Notes under the pieces: model-generated
Seen by the model: the letters and a program-made list of their open reading frames with translations, nothing else
Told to the model about the DNA's origin: nothing
The model's database searches: none
Part shown: in pieces, positions 36,331 through 44,795 of the stretch
Position numbering within the stretch: the first letter of the stretch is position 1
Layout: every line of letters begins with the position of its first letter
Translations under genes and position numbers: made by a program
NCBI GenBank assembly: GCA_964368095.1
Contig: CAYIZT010000002.1
Coordinates: 1 to 52,217, forward strand
Direction: 5' to 3'
DNA: 52,217 bases
Source: an uncultured Methanosarcinales archaeon
Lineage (GTDB): Archaea > Nanobdellota > Nanobdellia > Woesearchaeales > GW2011-AR9

Positions 36331-37299
36331 ATGAAGAAGGTAGTGGTTATTGGCGGCGGCACAGGTAACTTTACTGTTCTAAGCGGCCTAAAGAAGTATA
36401 ATATCGATCTTAGCGCGGTCGTCTCCATGGCCGATGACGGAGGCAGCACCGGTATTCTGCGCGATGAATTAGGTGTTCTCCCCCCTGGCGATGTGCGGCA
36501 GTGTTTGGTGGCATTGTCGGATTCCAGCAGATTGATGCGCAGCTTGATGAATTATCGTTTTGAGAACGGCAGTCTGCAGGGGCACAGCTTTGGGAACTTA
36601 TTGCTGTCGGCGTTGGAGAAAGTGACGGGAAGTTTTGACCGTGCTGTGGAAGAGATGGGCAGGATTATGGTGATCAAGGGGAAAGTGATCCCGGTTACCA
36701 CCAACAAAGTCCATCTGAAGATGATCCTGCACAACAATAAATTATTAGATGGTGAACATGAGATAGATGTATCAGCTGAGATCGATAAAGGGTTCCAGAG
36801 TATTTACTTGGAGCCGTTTCCGGAAGCTAATTCTCGGGCGATAGACCAGATCATGACTGCCGATTTAGTGGTCTTAAGTCCGGGAGACCTGTATACCTCG
36901 CTCATCCCAAATTTCCTGGTCGACGGGGTGTCTAAAGCATTGCGCGAGACGGGAGCTAAAAAAGCGTTAGTGGTCAATCTGATGAATAAACGCGGCCAGA
37001 CCACCCAATTTAAAGCCAGTGATTATCTGCGTGAATTAAAACGTTTTGTGGGCAGGGATATTTTTGATTATGTTTTGGTCAACAGCAACAAGGTTCCTGA
37101 AGAGTTGGTCAAACTATATGAACAGGAAGGCGATTTAGTGCAGAACGATCTGAAGAATGATTCCAGAATGATCGCGGTCGACTTGCTGAGCAGCGAGATA
37201 GTCCAGGCACAGAAGGCAGATTCTCTGAAGCGCAGCCTTTTAAGGCATGATTCCCAGAAATTAGCGCAGGAACTGATGAAAATTGTTGATAGTTTTTAG
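36331..37299 (+). CDS. YvcK/CofD-family (UPF0052) protein
   Basis: VVVIGGGTGNFTVLSGLK...VVSMADDGGSTGILRDELGVLPPGDVRQCLVAL is the family signature. The start is set at ATG 36331, because the track's upstream extension runs through ncRNA copy A. Confidence 0.75.
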   Translation: MKKVVVIGGGTGNFTVLSGLKKYNIDLSAVVSMADDGGSTGILRDELGVLPPGDVRQCLVALSDSSRLMRSLMNYRFENGSLQGHSFGNLLLSALEKVTGSFDRAVEEMGRIMVIKGKVIPVTTNKVHLKMILHNNKLLDGEHEIDVSAEIDKGFQSIYLEPFPEANSRAIDQIMTADLVVLSPGDLYTSLIPNFLVDGVSKALRETGAKKALVVNLMNKRGQTTQFKASDYLRELKRFVGRDIFDYVLVNSNKVPEELVKLYEQEGDLVQNDLKNDSRMIAVDLLSSEIVQAQKADSLKRSLLRHDSQKLAQELMKIVDSF

Positions 37300-37330
37300 G
37301 GTTGAGGTAGGCCTTTTTTTCTCCATAATC

Positions 37331-37338
37331 TTTATATT
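37331..37338 (+). promoter_or_regulatory. TATA-box-like element (TTTATATT)
   Basis: About 27 nt upstream of ATG 37361. Confidence 0.45.
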
Positions 37339-37360
37339 GTCCTCTATAAATTAGAGTAAA

Positions 37361-37843
37361 ATGCTACTAGTCTTTGATTTGGACGATACCTTGTACGGCT
37401 GCACCGGGCAGATGAAGGAAGCCACTAAATGGGAGGATGCCAGACGCATCGTTCCGTTCTCTGGCGTGATCGAATTACTTAGTTCTTTCCCTGCGGAGAA
37501 GATACTATTAAGCCGGGAGACCGATGCCGGCCTGCAGGATATTAAGATAGATGCTTTGGGTATCCGTGCTTATTTTAGCAAGATTTACCTTTGCCGGAAG
37601 AATGACGAGAAAAGAGGTCTTCTCGAAATTATTAAGGGGGATTATTCTTCTGAAGATATCTGGGTAGTAGGGGACCGCATAGATTCAGAAATCCAATATG
37701 GGAATGAATTAGGCCTGAAGACGGTGCGTTTGCGGTATGGAAAGTATAAAGATATGGCCCCGCAGCATGAACACCAGCAGGCAAGATACGATATCACTGA
37801 ATTTTCACAATTAAGGCCTATCTTATTTGACCTCTTAAAATGA
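37361..37843 (+). CDS. HAD-superfamily hydrolase
   Basis: N-terminal FDLDDTLY (DxDxT) and a C-terminal GDRIDSE motif IV-like segment. Confidence 0.7.
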   Translation: MLLVFDLDDTLYGCTGQMKEATKWEDARRIVPFSGVIELLSSFPAEKILLSRETDAGLQDIKIDALGIRAYFSKIYLCRKNDEKRGLLEIIKGDYSSEDIWVVGDRIDSEIQYGNELGLKTVRLRYGKYKDMAPQHEHQQARYDITEFSQLRPILFDLLK

Positions 37844-38535
37844 AAGCAGTTATTTTAGCAGCCGGCAAGGGAGTCAGGATGCTTCCCTTGACTTTGGATA
37901 AGCCTAAGCCACTGATAGAAGTTAATGGAAAACCTTTCTTGATATACCTGTTAGAACAGTTACATAATGCTGGTTTTGAAGATAAAGATATAGCTATCGT
38001 GGTCGGTTACAAGGGGGAAAAAATTGAAGAGTTCCTGGACGAACATGGTCTGGCTATAACAGTCATAGTACAACCAGCACTTTTAGGTACTGGCGATGCT
38101 GTATACCATGCTCGGCAATTTGTCGATGAAGAGAATTTCATAGTGATGGGCGGAGATAATCTTTTCTCTGCAGATGATTTACTGCGCATAAAGAAAGAAG
38201 ACGACTTTTGTTACGTCGCAGCATGGGAAGTGGAAGATCCTTCCCGATACGGGGTTTTAGTATGCCAAGGGGAGATGCTTATTGAGATCATAGAAAAACC
38301 AAAAGAATTCGTGGGCAACCTCATCAACGCCGGCTTGTATAAATTAACGCCAGATATCTTTGAAGCGCTGGAACAGATCGAGATTTCCAAACGCGGCGAA
38401 TTGGAGTTGACTGATGCGATCTCTTTACTTGCAGAAGGCAGGAAAGTGAAAGTCATGATGCTGCAGGATTACTGGCTGGATTTAGGGAAGAAGGATGATA
38501 TTGCAAAAATAGAAGAGTTTTTGAGAAAGCTCTGA
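37840..38535 (+). CDS. sugar-1-phosphate nucleotidylyltransferase
   Basis: MKAVILAAGKGVRMLPLT..KPKPL signature. 4-nt overlap with the HAD gene. Confidence 0.8.
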   Translation: MKAVILAAGKGVRMLPLTLDKPKPLIEVNGKPFLIYLLEQLHNAGFEDKDIAIVVGYKGEKIEEFLDEHGLAITVIVQPALLGTGDAVYHARQFVDEENFIVMGGDNLFSADDLLRIKKEDDFCYVAAWEVEDPSRYGVLVCQGEMLIEIIEKPKEFVGNLINAGLYKLTPDIFEALEQIEISKRGELELTDAISLLAEGRKVKVMMLQDYWLDLGKKDDIAKIEEFLRKL

Positions 38536-38596
38536 ACCTAACCCAAATCTATATAAAACCAAACTTCTTTGTCTTCTAAAAAGAGGATGAGCTTAT

Positions 38597-38725
38597 AGAA
38601 AATTCGCCTTGGCCGTGCCCTTCGCCTTTTTCCTGATCCAATACTGATGGAAAAAGTAACTTAATTTGTGGTTTGACAATAATAGTTTAGCTCGGGCACA
38701 TCTTGGCCATGGCGGCGAATTTTCT
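38597..38725 (+). ncRNA. candidate structured ncRNA, unclassified family, copy B
   Basis: A 12-bp closing helix AGAAAAUUCGCC/GGCGAAUUUUCU, UGGCC/GGCCA, GUGCCC/GGGCAC (38615-20/38694-99) and the hairpin CUUUUUCC/GGAAAAAG (38626-33/38649-56), whose loop carries CUGA...UGAUGG. The 19-nt block GAUGGAAAAAGUAACUUAA is identical to copy C. Confidence 0.55.
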
Positions 38726-38812
38726 TGCTGAACAAAAAAAGATGGTAAAGTTCAAAGTTAAGGACACAGAAAAATCAGGAATTTTCTTATCTTTCACATG
38801 GGGGGCTAAAAA

Positions 38813-40291
38813 ATGAAATTCCGTGTGAAAGACATGGATATAGCTACCGGCGGTACACTCATAGCTATTCTCAATGAAAAAGATGCGCATAAGTTGGATC
38901 TTCATTCTGCTGATCGTATATTGCTCAAGCATAACAGCAAAAGTGTTACCTGCATCTTGGATATTTCTGAAAGCAGCAAAGCGGTTTCTGAAGGAAGCAT
39001 AGGTTTGTTTGAAGAAGTGCTGGATCGCCTGAACGTCAAACAAGGCAGCTTGATTGAAGTTAAATTTACCGGAAAGCCGGAATCGGTGAAGCATATCCGT
39101 GATAAATTGCTAGGGAAGGAGCTTAATCCTACGGAATTGTATCACATCACAGATGATATCACTCACGACCGGCTGACTGATATCGAGAAGACTTATTTCG
39201 TGTCTGCCTCTTTTACTAATGGGCTAAGCGTCAAAGAAGTTATCGGGTTGACCAAAGCGATGGTGCATACCGGAAAGATGCTCAAGTTTCCAGGAATCAC
39301 CTTAGACAAGCATTGTATCGGCGGTGTTCCCGGAAACAGGACTACCATGATAGTCGTTCCAATTGTTGCGGCAGCAGGATATATTATTCCAAAAACAAGT
39401 TCACGAGCGATCACTTCTCCGGCAGGGACGGCGGATACTATGGAATGCTTAGCTAAAGTAGAGATGTCGGAAGCAAAAATTAAGCAAGTTGTAAAGAAGA
39501 CAGGAGCCTGCATAGTGCACGGCGGGTCTATCAACCTCGCACCGGCTGATGATAAGATCATAGAAGTGGAACATCCTTTGTCTATCGATGCTGAAGGGCA
39601 GTTGTTGGCATCGGTGATGGCCAAGAAAAAATCAGTAAGCGCCAATTATGTGCTGATCGATATTCCCATGGGCAAGAGCGTGAAAGCACGGAACATGAAA
39701 GAAGCTAATCATCTCAAGAAGATGTTTGAGCTGATAGGCAGAAAGCTTGGTATGCACGTCAGAGTAGTAATCACTGATGGATCTCATCCTATCGGCAACG
39801 GCATAGGTCCGCTCTTGGAAACAGAAGACGTTATGGCAGTATTGCGCAATGATCCGTCAGCGCCGCGAGACTTAAAAGAGAAATCATTGATGCTGGCTGG
39901 GCTGCTGTTAGAATTAGTCTGTGAATGCAAAAAAGGCGATGGATTAAGGAAAGCGACAGAAATCTTGGAAAGCGGCAAGGCGTTGGAGAAGATGAATCGG
40001 ATCATCGATGCACAGGGAAGGCAGAAAAAAACCGAATTAGGAAAACACCATTTTCCGGTGCATAGCAGCAAGTCAGGAAAGATAGTGGAAATAGATAATG
40101 ATATTATCGCAAAAGTCGCAAGGATCGCCGGCGCACCCGATGACAAAGGCGCGGGCATGTATCTTACAAAAAAAATAAATGACTCCGTCAAGAAAGGGGA
40201 TCTATTGTATACCGTGTATGCGGTAAGTGAGTTTAAACTCGGATTGGCGAAAGAATTTTTGCATAAGAATAATGGTTATATGGTGAGATGA
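38813..40291 (+). CDS. AMP phosphorylase (archaeal thymidine-phosphorylase-family enzyme with N-terminal extension)
   Basis: 492 aa. N-terminal MKFRVKDMDIATGG domain, then DKHCIGGVPGNRTT and SRAITSPAGTADTME motifs. GGGGG lies 8 nt upstream of the ATG. Confidence 0.8.
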   Translation: MKFRVKDMDIATGGTLIAILNEKDAHKLDLHSADRILLKHNSKSVTCILDISESSKAVSEGSIGLFEEVLDRLNVKQGSLIEVKFTGKPESVKHIRDKLLGKELNPTELYHITDDITHDRLTDIEKTYFVSASFTNGLSVKEVIGLTKAMVHTGKMLKFPGITLDKHCIGGVPGNRTTMIVVPIVAAAGYIIPKTSSRAITSPAGTADTMECLAKVEMSEAKIKQVVKKTGACIVHGGSINLAPADDKIIEVEHPLSIDAEGQLLASVMAKKKSVSANYVLIDIPMGKSVKARNMKEANHLKKMFELIGRKLGMHVRVVITDGSHPIGNGIGPLLETEDVMAVLRNDPSAPRDLKEKSLMLAGLLLELVCECKKGDGLRKATEILESGKALEKMNRIIDAQGRQKKTELGKHHFPVHSSKSGKIVEIDNDIIAKVARIAGAPDDKGAGMYLTKKINDSVKKGDLLYTVYAVSEFKLGLAKEFLHKNNGYMVR

Positions 40292-40795
40292 ATGGCCAGA
40301 GCACAAAAGAAAGAAGAATCAAATAAAGAAGGATCCTTTCAGGAAAAATTAGATGTGGTGGAAATAATCAAAAGCGAAATCCACAAGGTTGAGGATACAC
40401 TCAAAAAAGTGGATGAGTTCTATCGAAAAGATCTGCGCAAACTTGAACGCTTGTCAGACAAGATCGCTCAGATAGGCGGAAGCTGGGGATTTATCTTCAG
40501 TTTTCTTTTATTCTTAGTGTTCTGGGTGATTGTTAACGCTGTTGTTCTAGTGAATAAGGCTTTTGATCCTTATCCGTTTATTCTCTTGAATCTGTTTCTT
40601 TCTATGATCGCGGCGATCCAAGCACCGGTCATATTGATGAGCACCAATAGGGCAGCACGGCGTGATCAAACGCGGCTTGAGATTGATCTGGAAAAGGATT
40701 TACGTGATCTGCATGTGGACCAGAGTTCCCACGCGATGCTGATTGAGCTGCATCGGGACATGGCTAAGATCAAGAAGAAATTAGGATTGAAGTGA
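40292..40795 (+). CDS. DUF1003-family membrane protein
   Basis: GGSWGFIFSF...FDPYPFILLNLFLSMIAAIQAPVILMSTNR is the family-typical core. Confidence 0.65.
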   Translation: MARAQKKEESNKEGSFQEKLDVVEIIKSEIHKVEDTLKKVDEFYRKDLRKLERLSDKIAQIGGSWGFIFSFLLFLVFWVIVNAVVLVNKAFDPYPFILLNLFLSMIAAIQAPVILMSTNRAARRDQTRLEIDLEKDLRDLHVDQSSHAMLIELHRDMAKIKKKLGLK

Positions 40796-40822
40796 TTATC
40801 GTCTATTTTTGAGTAAATATAA

Positions 40823-40832
40823 CCTTATATAC
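40823..40832 (+). promoter_or_regulatory. TATA-box-like element (CCTTATATAC)
   Basis: About 30 nt upstream of ATG 40858. Confidence 0.4.
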
Positions 40833-40857
40833 CTCCGTTATTTTTCTTTTCTTAAGT

Positions 40858-41526
40858 ATGGCTGGTGAAAAAGAGGCTGAACGGTGTTTAGTTGTGCCCA
40901 GAAAAGAGTTGTTTGGGCATGATGACCAGTATGCGTTTACTGGTTTCAAAAGAAAAGAGGCCTGGGATGTTGATTTGGAGGAAGTCCTGGGCAGGCATTC
41001 TTTTTACGCTCCAAGAAAAACCTCAAACAAAGAAGATGATGTGGAATACCAGGAAGATCTAAAGCAGATCATACCTGGCGTGGTGTTTTTGTATCAGGAT
41101 AAAATTTTTACTTATACAAGATTAAGCGGTTCTGGCGAAGCACGGCTGGTAGGAAGGAATGATCTGATGATTGCCGGGCATATCAATCCTGCCGATCAGG
41201 GTAATCCTGCCAATCAGAAACGAACTTACGAAGAAACTTTTTGGAAGGCTCTCCATCGTGAATTTAATGAAGAAGTAGATTTTGCTGATTCTTATTCTCT
41301 TGTGCATGTAGGTTATGTGAATTGCGATGTGACTCCGGTCGATAAAGTGCATTTTGGATTAGTCTATATCATCGACGGCCGTTCTCCGGATATTTCCGTA
41401 CGGGAGACCGATGCTTTGCAGGGAAGCCTCAAAAGCTGCGAAGAAATAGAGAGATTGGATCCTCCTTTGCGGGAATGGCAGAAATATCTGTACGATGAAT
41501 TTCTGAAAGGGTATCTGAAAAAATAA
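40858..41526 (+). CDS. hypothetical protein, weak Nudix-like signature
   Basis: 222 aa. AGHINP...ETFWKALHREFNEEVD loosely fits the Nudix box Gx5Ex7REuxEExGu. Confidence 0.35.
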   Translation: MAGEKEAERCLVVPRKELFGHDDQYAFTGFKRKEAWDVDLEEVLGRHSFYAPRKTSNKEDDVEYQEDLKQIIPGVVFLYQDKIFTYTRLSGSGEARLVGRNDLMIAGHINPADQGNPANQKRTYEETFWKALHREFNEEVDFADSYSLVHVGYVNCDVTPVDKVHFGLVYIIDGRSPDISVRETDALQGSLKSCEEIERLDPPLREWQKYLYDEFLKGYLKK

Positions 41527-41602
41527 AAATCAAGGTATAATCTAAAAAAATATTAGGGGTCAATATTATGCGCTTCTATTAACAAGAAATTTTTTTAATA
41601 TG

Positions 41603-42028
41603 TTATTTTAATCCGGTGCTACCAAATCCTTTCTCTCCTCTTATGCTATCATCTAATTCTTCCACTTCAAGAATCTCTTTCTGTTCAACTTTCTGGATCA
41701 GCATCTGCGCGATGCGCATGCCTTTCTCGACATTGAATGGCTGATCAGTGAGATTATGTAAAATGACTTTCACTTCCCCGCGATAATTGCAATCGATCAC
41801 TCCGCCCATGCTCTTGATGCCGTGATTGGCGGCCATGCCGGAACGGTCCCAGATCAAGCCGACATGTCCTGTCGGTATGGCCATGGCGATGCCGGTAGAT
41901 ATCAATGCGCGCTGATGCGGTTGAAGAATATTATTTTCATTGGCGTATAAGTCCATAGCCGCATCTCCCTGACGGAGATATTTAGGCAGGATTGCGCCAG
42001 GATGAAGTTTTTTTATTTTAAGAGTCAT
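41603..42028 (-). CDS. dut: dUTP diphosphatase (trimeric dUTPase)
   Basis: GDAAMDLYA, GVIDCNYRGEV, RIAQM and RGEKGFGSTG motifs. The start is set at ATG 42028 (MTLKIKK), which abuts the stop of the upstream gene. Confidence 0.85.
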   Translation of the reverse strand: MTLKIKKLHPGAILPKYLRQGDAAMDLYANENNILQPHQRALISTGIAMAIPTGHVGLIWDRSGMAANHGIKSMGGVIDCNYRGEVKVILHNLTDQPFNVEKGMRIAQMLIQKVEQKEILEVEELDDSIRGEKGFGSTGLK

Positions 42029-42030
42029 TT

Positions 42031-42372
42031 TTAGTATCCAAATCTTTTTTCGTAATCTTTGTGGTTGAACCATTCAAGAATTACATTTAAGATAGTCACT
42101 TCGTTCTCTTTGATGGTGTAAATCAATCTCCATCCATTCGGCAGATCGTATTTCCAAAGATTAGTCAAACCATATTTTTCAACATAAAGCCTGGGCCACA
42201 ACTTCTTTGGGAGCTTAATGCCGCAAGCCGGATTATTTTTCATGTCTCTGATGGCTCGGTCAATAAATTCATAAAGCTGCTTTTCAGGAAACTTTCCTTG
42301 GTTTAGGCTTTCAAATTCCTGTTCTACTTTTTTTTCTCCAAAAGCTACATGAATCGGCTTTTTAGCGTTCAA
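42031..42372 (-). CDS. RelE/ParE-superfamily type II toxin-like protein
   Basis: 113 aa. NLWKYDLPNGWRLIYTIKENEVTILNVILEWFNHKDYEKRFGY is typical of the C-terminal core of archaeal RelE-like toxins. Confidence 0.55.
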   Translation of the reverse strand: MNAKKPIHVAFGEKKVEQEFESLNQGKFPEKQLYEFIDRAIRDMKNNPACGIKLPKKLWPRLYVEKYGLTNLWKYDLPNGWRLIYTIKENEVTILNVILEWFNHKDYEKRFGY

Positions 42373-42635
42373 TGTAACTTAACTCCTTTTGCTAGAATTT
42401 TTTTGATGCCTTCAGGGTCGTAAGTCCATATAACGCATCCTTCCCGGTCAATGATTATCTTTCCTGACTCTTTTAAGTAATCTAAAATAACCTGAAAAGT
42501 CTGGTACATCATTTTCTTTGGTAATCTCTTCCAAAGCTGATATTTACCATATTCCTGAGAATGTTTCTGGATGGTCTTCTCTACCATCAATACTGATTCC
42601 AAGGTCGGACTATGCAAAAGAACTGTCTGTGTCAT
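42369..42635 (-). CDS. putative cognate antitoxin / small wHTH-like protein
   Basis: 88 aa. 4-nt overlap with the toxin-like gene, in the upstream position. Confidence 0.4.
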   Translation of the reverse strand: MTQTVLLHSPTLESVLMVEKTIQKHSQEYGKYQLWKRLPKKMMYQTFQVILDYLKESGKIIIDREGCVIWTYDPEGIKKILAKGVKLH

Positions 42636-42672
42636 GTTATATACAGTTATATAAGTGTATTTTTAAATTTTA

Positions 42673-43410
42673 CTAAAGTTTCCTGCAAAAAGACATGAAA
42701 CCAGTATGTCCTAACATCTGGAATTCCGGGCGCATGATCTGTTCGTTGATGGCCCACTTTCTTTCCAGTAATTCTATCGTCTCCAGAGCTTTGAATGATG
42801 TGCCTTTTAGGGAAGCAAGAAATCTATGCATCTGGATCAGATTGGGCAGATAGATTACCAGAAATCCGCCGTCTTTCAAAGCTTTTTCTGCAGGTTTAAT
42901 GGCCTGCCATGGTTCAGGAAGATCAAGAGTTATCAAATCTAATTCCTTTTCTTTAATGCCTTTGTAGATATCATCCTGCTTAAGGGTCACGTTATCTAAC
43001 CCGGACAGGTCAATGTTCTTTTGCACTACCTTGTGATGTTCTGGATTGATTTCGTAGACGGTAACTTTTTTACAGATGTTAGCAAGTGATAAACATAATG
43101 AGCCTGAACCGCCTCCGGCATCAAGCACTTCAGAATCTTTATTGATACCTGTTTTGGCTATGATCAAACCGATATCTTTCTGCAGCATGATCTGCGGCCC
43201 GCGATTGAACTGTTCCCATAGGTCAGCGAAGTTTGCATCTAATAATAGGAAGTCTTTACCTATGCTGGATTTGATCCTGGTTTTCTTTCCTTTCAGATCT
43301 TTTTTACTTATGATGCCGAAAGAAGTATGGTAATCTTCATTTAGGTCTTTGACTAAGTATTTTTTGCCGGTAGTCTGTTCTAACAGAAATTTTTTTGGAG
43401 TTGAAGCCAT
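42673..43410 (-). CDS. trmI: tRNA (adenine-57/58-N1)-methyltransferase TrmI (GCD14 family)
   Basis: VLDAGGGSGSL SAM motif, the LDLPEPW motif and an N-terminal beta domain. Confidence 0.8.
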   Translation of the reverse strand: MASTPKKFLLEQTTGKKYLVKDLNEDYHTSFGIISKKDLKGKKTRIKSSIGKDFLLLDANFADLWEQFNRGPQIMLQKDIGLIIAKTGINKDSEVLDAGGGSGSLCLSLANICKKVTVYEINPEHHKVVQKNIDLSGLDNVTLKQDDIYKGIKEKELDLITLDLPEPWQAIKPAEKALKDGGFLVIYLPNLIQMHRFLASLKGTSFKALETIELLERKWAINEQIMRPEFQMLGHTGFMSFCRKL

Positions 43411-43452
43411 AAGCTTTTGAAAAAATTGTACTTTAAAAAGTTATTGTAGTAG

Positions 43453-43797
43453 TTATTTAAATCCGTACTCTCGGTAAAAGCTTCGTATATAATCAGAAAG
43501 TTGCGGATCTGTCCGCAGATGAGATCGTGCCCACCACTCAATCTGTCCTTCTGACGATTCCTGGTCTAGAACCATATAGTCGTAAGCATGGAGCCATTCA
43601 TGGGCGATGGTTATATCCTCTATTATTCTCCCTTTTTCTCTTACTATGGGATTTATGCGGCCACAATGATCCCTAGGCATCCACATCCCTAGGTTTATGC
43701 CTTCAGCTAGCAGGTAAAAATCATAGACCATCACGACTCCATCTTCTACCAGTTCATCTACAGAATGCCGATTAAAAGCTTGTAACGGAGAAACCAT
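43453..43797 (-). CDS. hypothetical small protein with HExxH motif
   Basis: 114 aa. AHEWLH (H-E-x-x-H) followed by acidic residues. Confidence 0.4.
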   Translation of the reverse strand: MVSPLQAFNRHSVDELVEDGVVMVYDFYLLAEGINLGMWMPRDHCGRINPIVREKGRIIEDITIAHEWLHAYDYMVLDQESSEGQIEWWARSHLRTDPQLSDYIRSFYREYGFK

Positions 43798-43815
43798 CTT
43801 TTAAAGGTAATCTTA

Positions 43816-43826
43816 AAATATATAAA
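43816..43826 (+). promoter_or_regulatory. TATA-box-like element (AAATATATAAA)
   Basis: About 29 nt upstream of ATG 43850. Confidence 0.45.
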
Positions 43827-43849
43827 CTAGTCCTTAATTTTCTATATAC

Positions 43850-44383
43850 ATGGCTTTTGATAATGAAAAGAAAACATATCTCTCTAAATCAGATAAAAGC
43901 AAGAAAGGCGATCTTGATACAAAAATAATCCCTTTACTTGACAAATTCAACTCTTTGCCTGATTATTACACCACCTCTTCCTGTTCAGGAAGAGTGTACT
44001 TATGGAAAGGGACAGGAAAGAAGTCTGAAACACAATGGCTCAGGGTAAGCCATGATCTAATCGATGAGAATTTTTTTCATTGCAATGAGAAAGAAGTGGT
44101 CTGGCTGCGCTTGGAAGGAATGATCCTTCATGTTGCTTGCCGGGATATAGATGCAGCCATCAGATTGCTTGACCAGGCATGGATATTATACAAGAAGAGC
44201 TGTATCCTTAGCGCTAAAAATAAGATCATGGTCGAGATAAGAGGCAGCGAATGGATGGAAATGCCTTTGTATAAGGACGGAGAGATACTTTTTTCTGGCG
44301 ACTTGAACTGGCTGAAAGAAACGATCAATGTCAAATTAGAAAAGATGTGGAAAGATATGGAACGGTTTAGGAAGAGTTTATGA
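43850..44383 (+). CDS. taw3: tRNA wybutosine-synthesizing protein 3 homolog (Taw3/TYW3 methyltransferase)
   Basis: 177 aa. YYTTSSCSGRV signature plus the family-typical length. Confidence 0.75.
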   Translation: MAFDNEKKTYLSKSDKSKKGDLDTKIIPLLDKFNSLPDYYTTSSCSGRVYLWKGTGKKSETQWLRVSHDLIDENFFHCNEKEVVWLRLEGMILHVACRDIDAAIRLLDQAWILYKKSCILSAKNKIMVEIRGSEWMEMPLYKDGEILFSGDLNWLKETINVKLEKMWKDMERFRKSL

Positions 44384-44728
44384 CTTTACTCTTCTCCATT
44401 CATTCTCAAGCTTTTTTTCCCAATCTCCTGGATTATATATCTCAGCTTTGCTGTTGAAAGGGCAAGCAGTGTAGTTGCCGCTGGCTTCAAACAAGATTGT
44501 TCTGCCTTCTGTTACGGTTAGTTTGTAAGATCCATTTCCCATCGCTGATGAATATACTGCAAATGTAATCTTTCCATAATCACTCTGGTACTCCATCGAT
44601 AGAAAACTAGTTACGGTGGTATGATGTTTTCCTAAAACCCTTCCTCTTCTATCGGTAACGATCAAGCATTGATTTACTAAGTCGTCTAATGCTTTTCCTT
44701 GGATGGTTGGTTCTATTTTTTTAGTCAT
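44378..44728 (-). CDS. hypothetical protein
   Basis: 116 aa. No motif recognised. Its 3' end is convergent with and overlaps taw3 by 6 nt. Confidence 0.45.
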   Translation of the reverse strand: MTKKIEPTIQGKALDDLVNQCLIVTDRRGRVLGKHHTTVTSFLSMEYQSDYGKITFAVYSSAMGNGSYKLTVTEGRTILFEASGNYTACPFNSKAEIYNPGDWEKKLENEWRRVKS

Positions 44729-44795
44729 AATCTCCTCTCACAGTATGTCTATGATATATAAAGTAACAAATTAAAAAAATTAAAAAAGAAAGAGC

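Noticed and set aside
38631-38656. TPP-riboswitch-like CCUGAUC...UGAUGG segment in copy B
   Set aside because: The obligatory CUGAGA half-site and the pyrophosphate-sensor helix are absent, and copy C lacks the CCUGAUC sequence.
38597-38725. Idea that the repeated element is a divergent 5S rRNA
   Set aside because: The size (~130 nt), the terminal helix, GGCCAUGGCGG (similar to the 5S GGCCAUAGCGG) and GGAAAAAGUAACUUAA (similar to GAAGUUAAGC) are suggestive. Against this, the GGCCAUGGCGG block is at the 3' end rather than the 5' end, the loop C CCGAAC and loop E motifs are missing, and three divergent copies (one of 184 nt) within 15 kb do not fit 5S genes. It remains worth a cmscan.
38687-39094. 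135-aa minus-strand ORF
   Set aside because: It overlaps the 3' part of RNA copy B and the 5' end of the AMP phosphorylase gene on the opposite strand, and has no motif.
39193-40191. Two minus-strand ORFs (150 aa and 135 aa)
   Set aside because: Both are antisense to the AMP phosphorylase gene, and neither has a motif.
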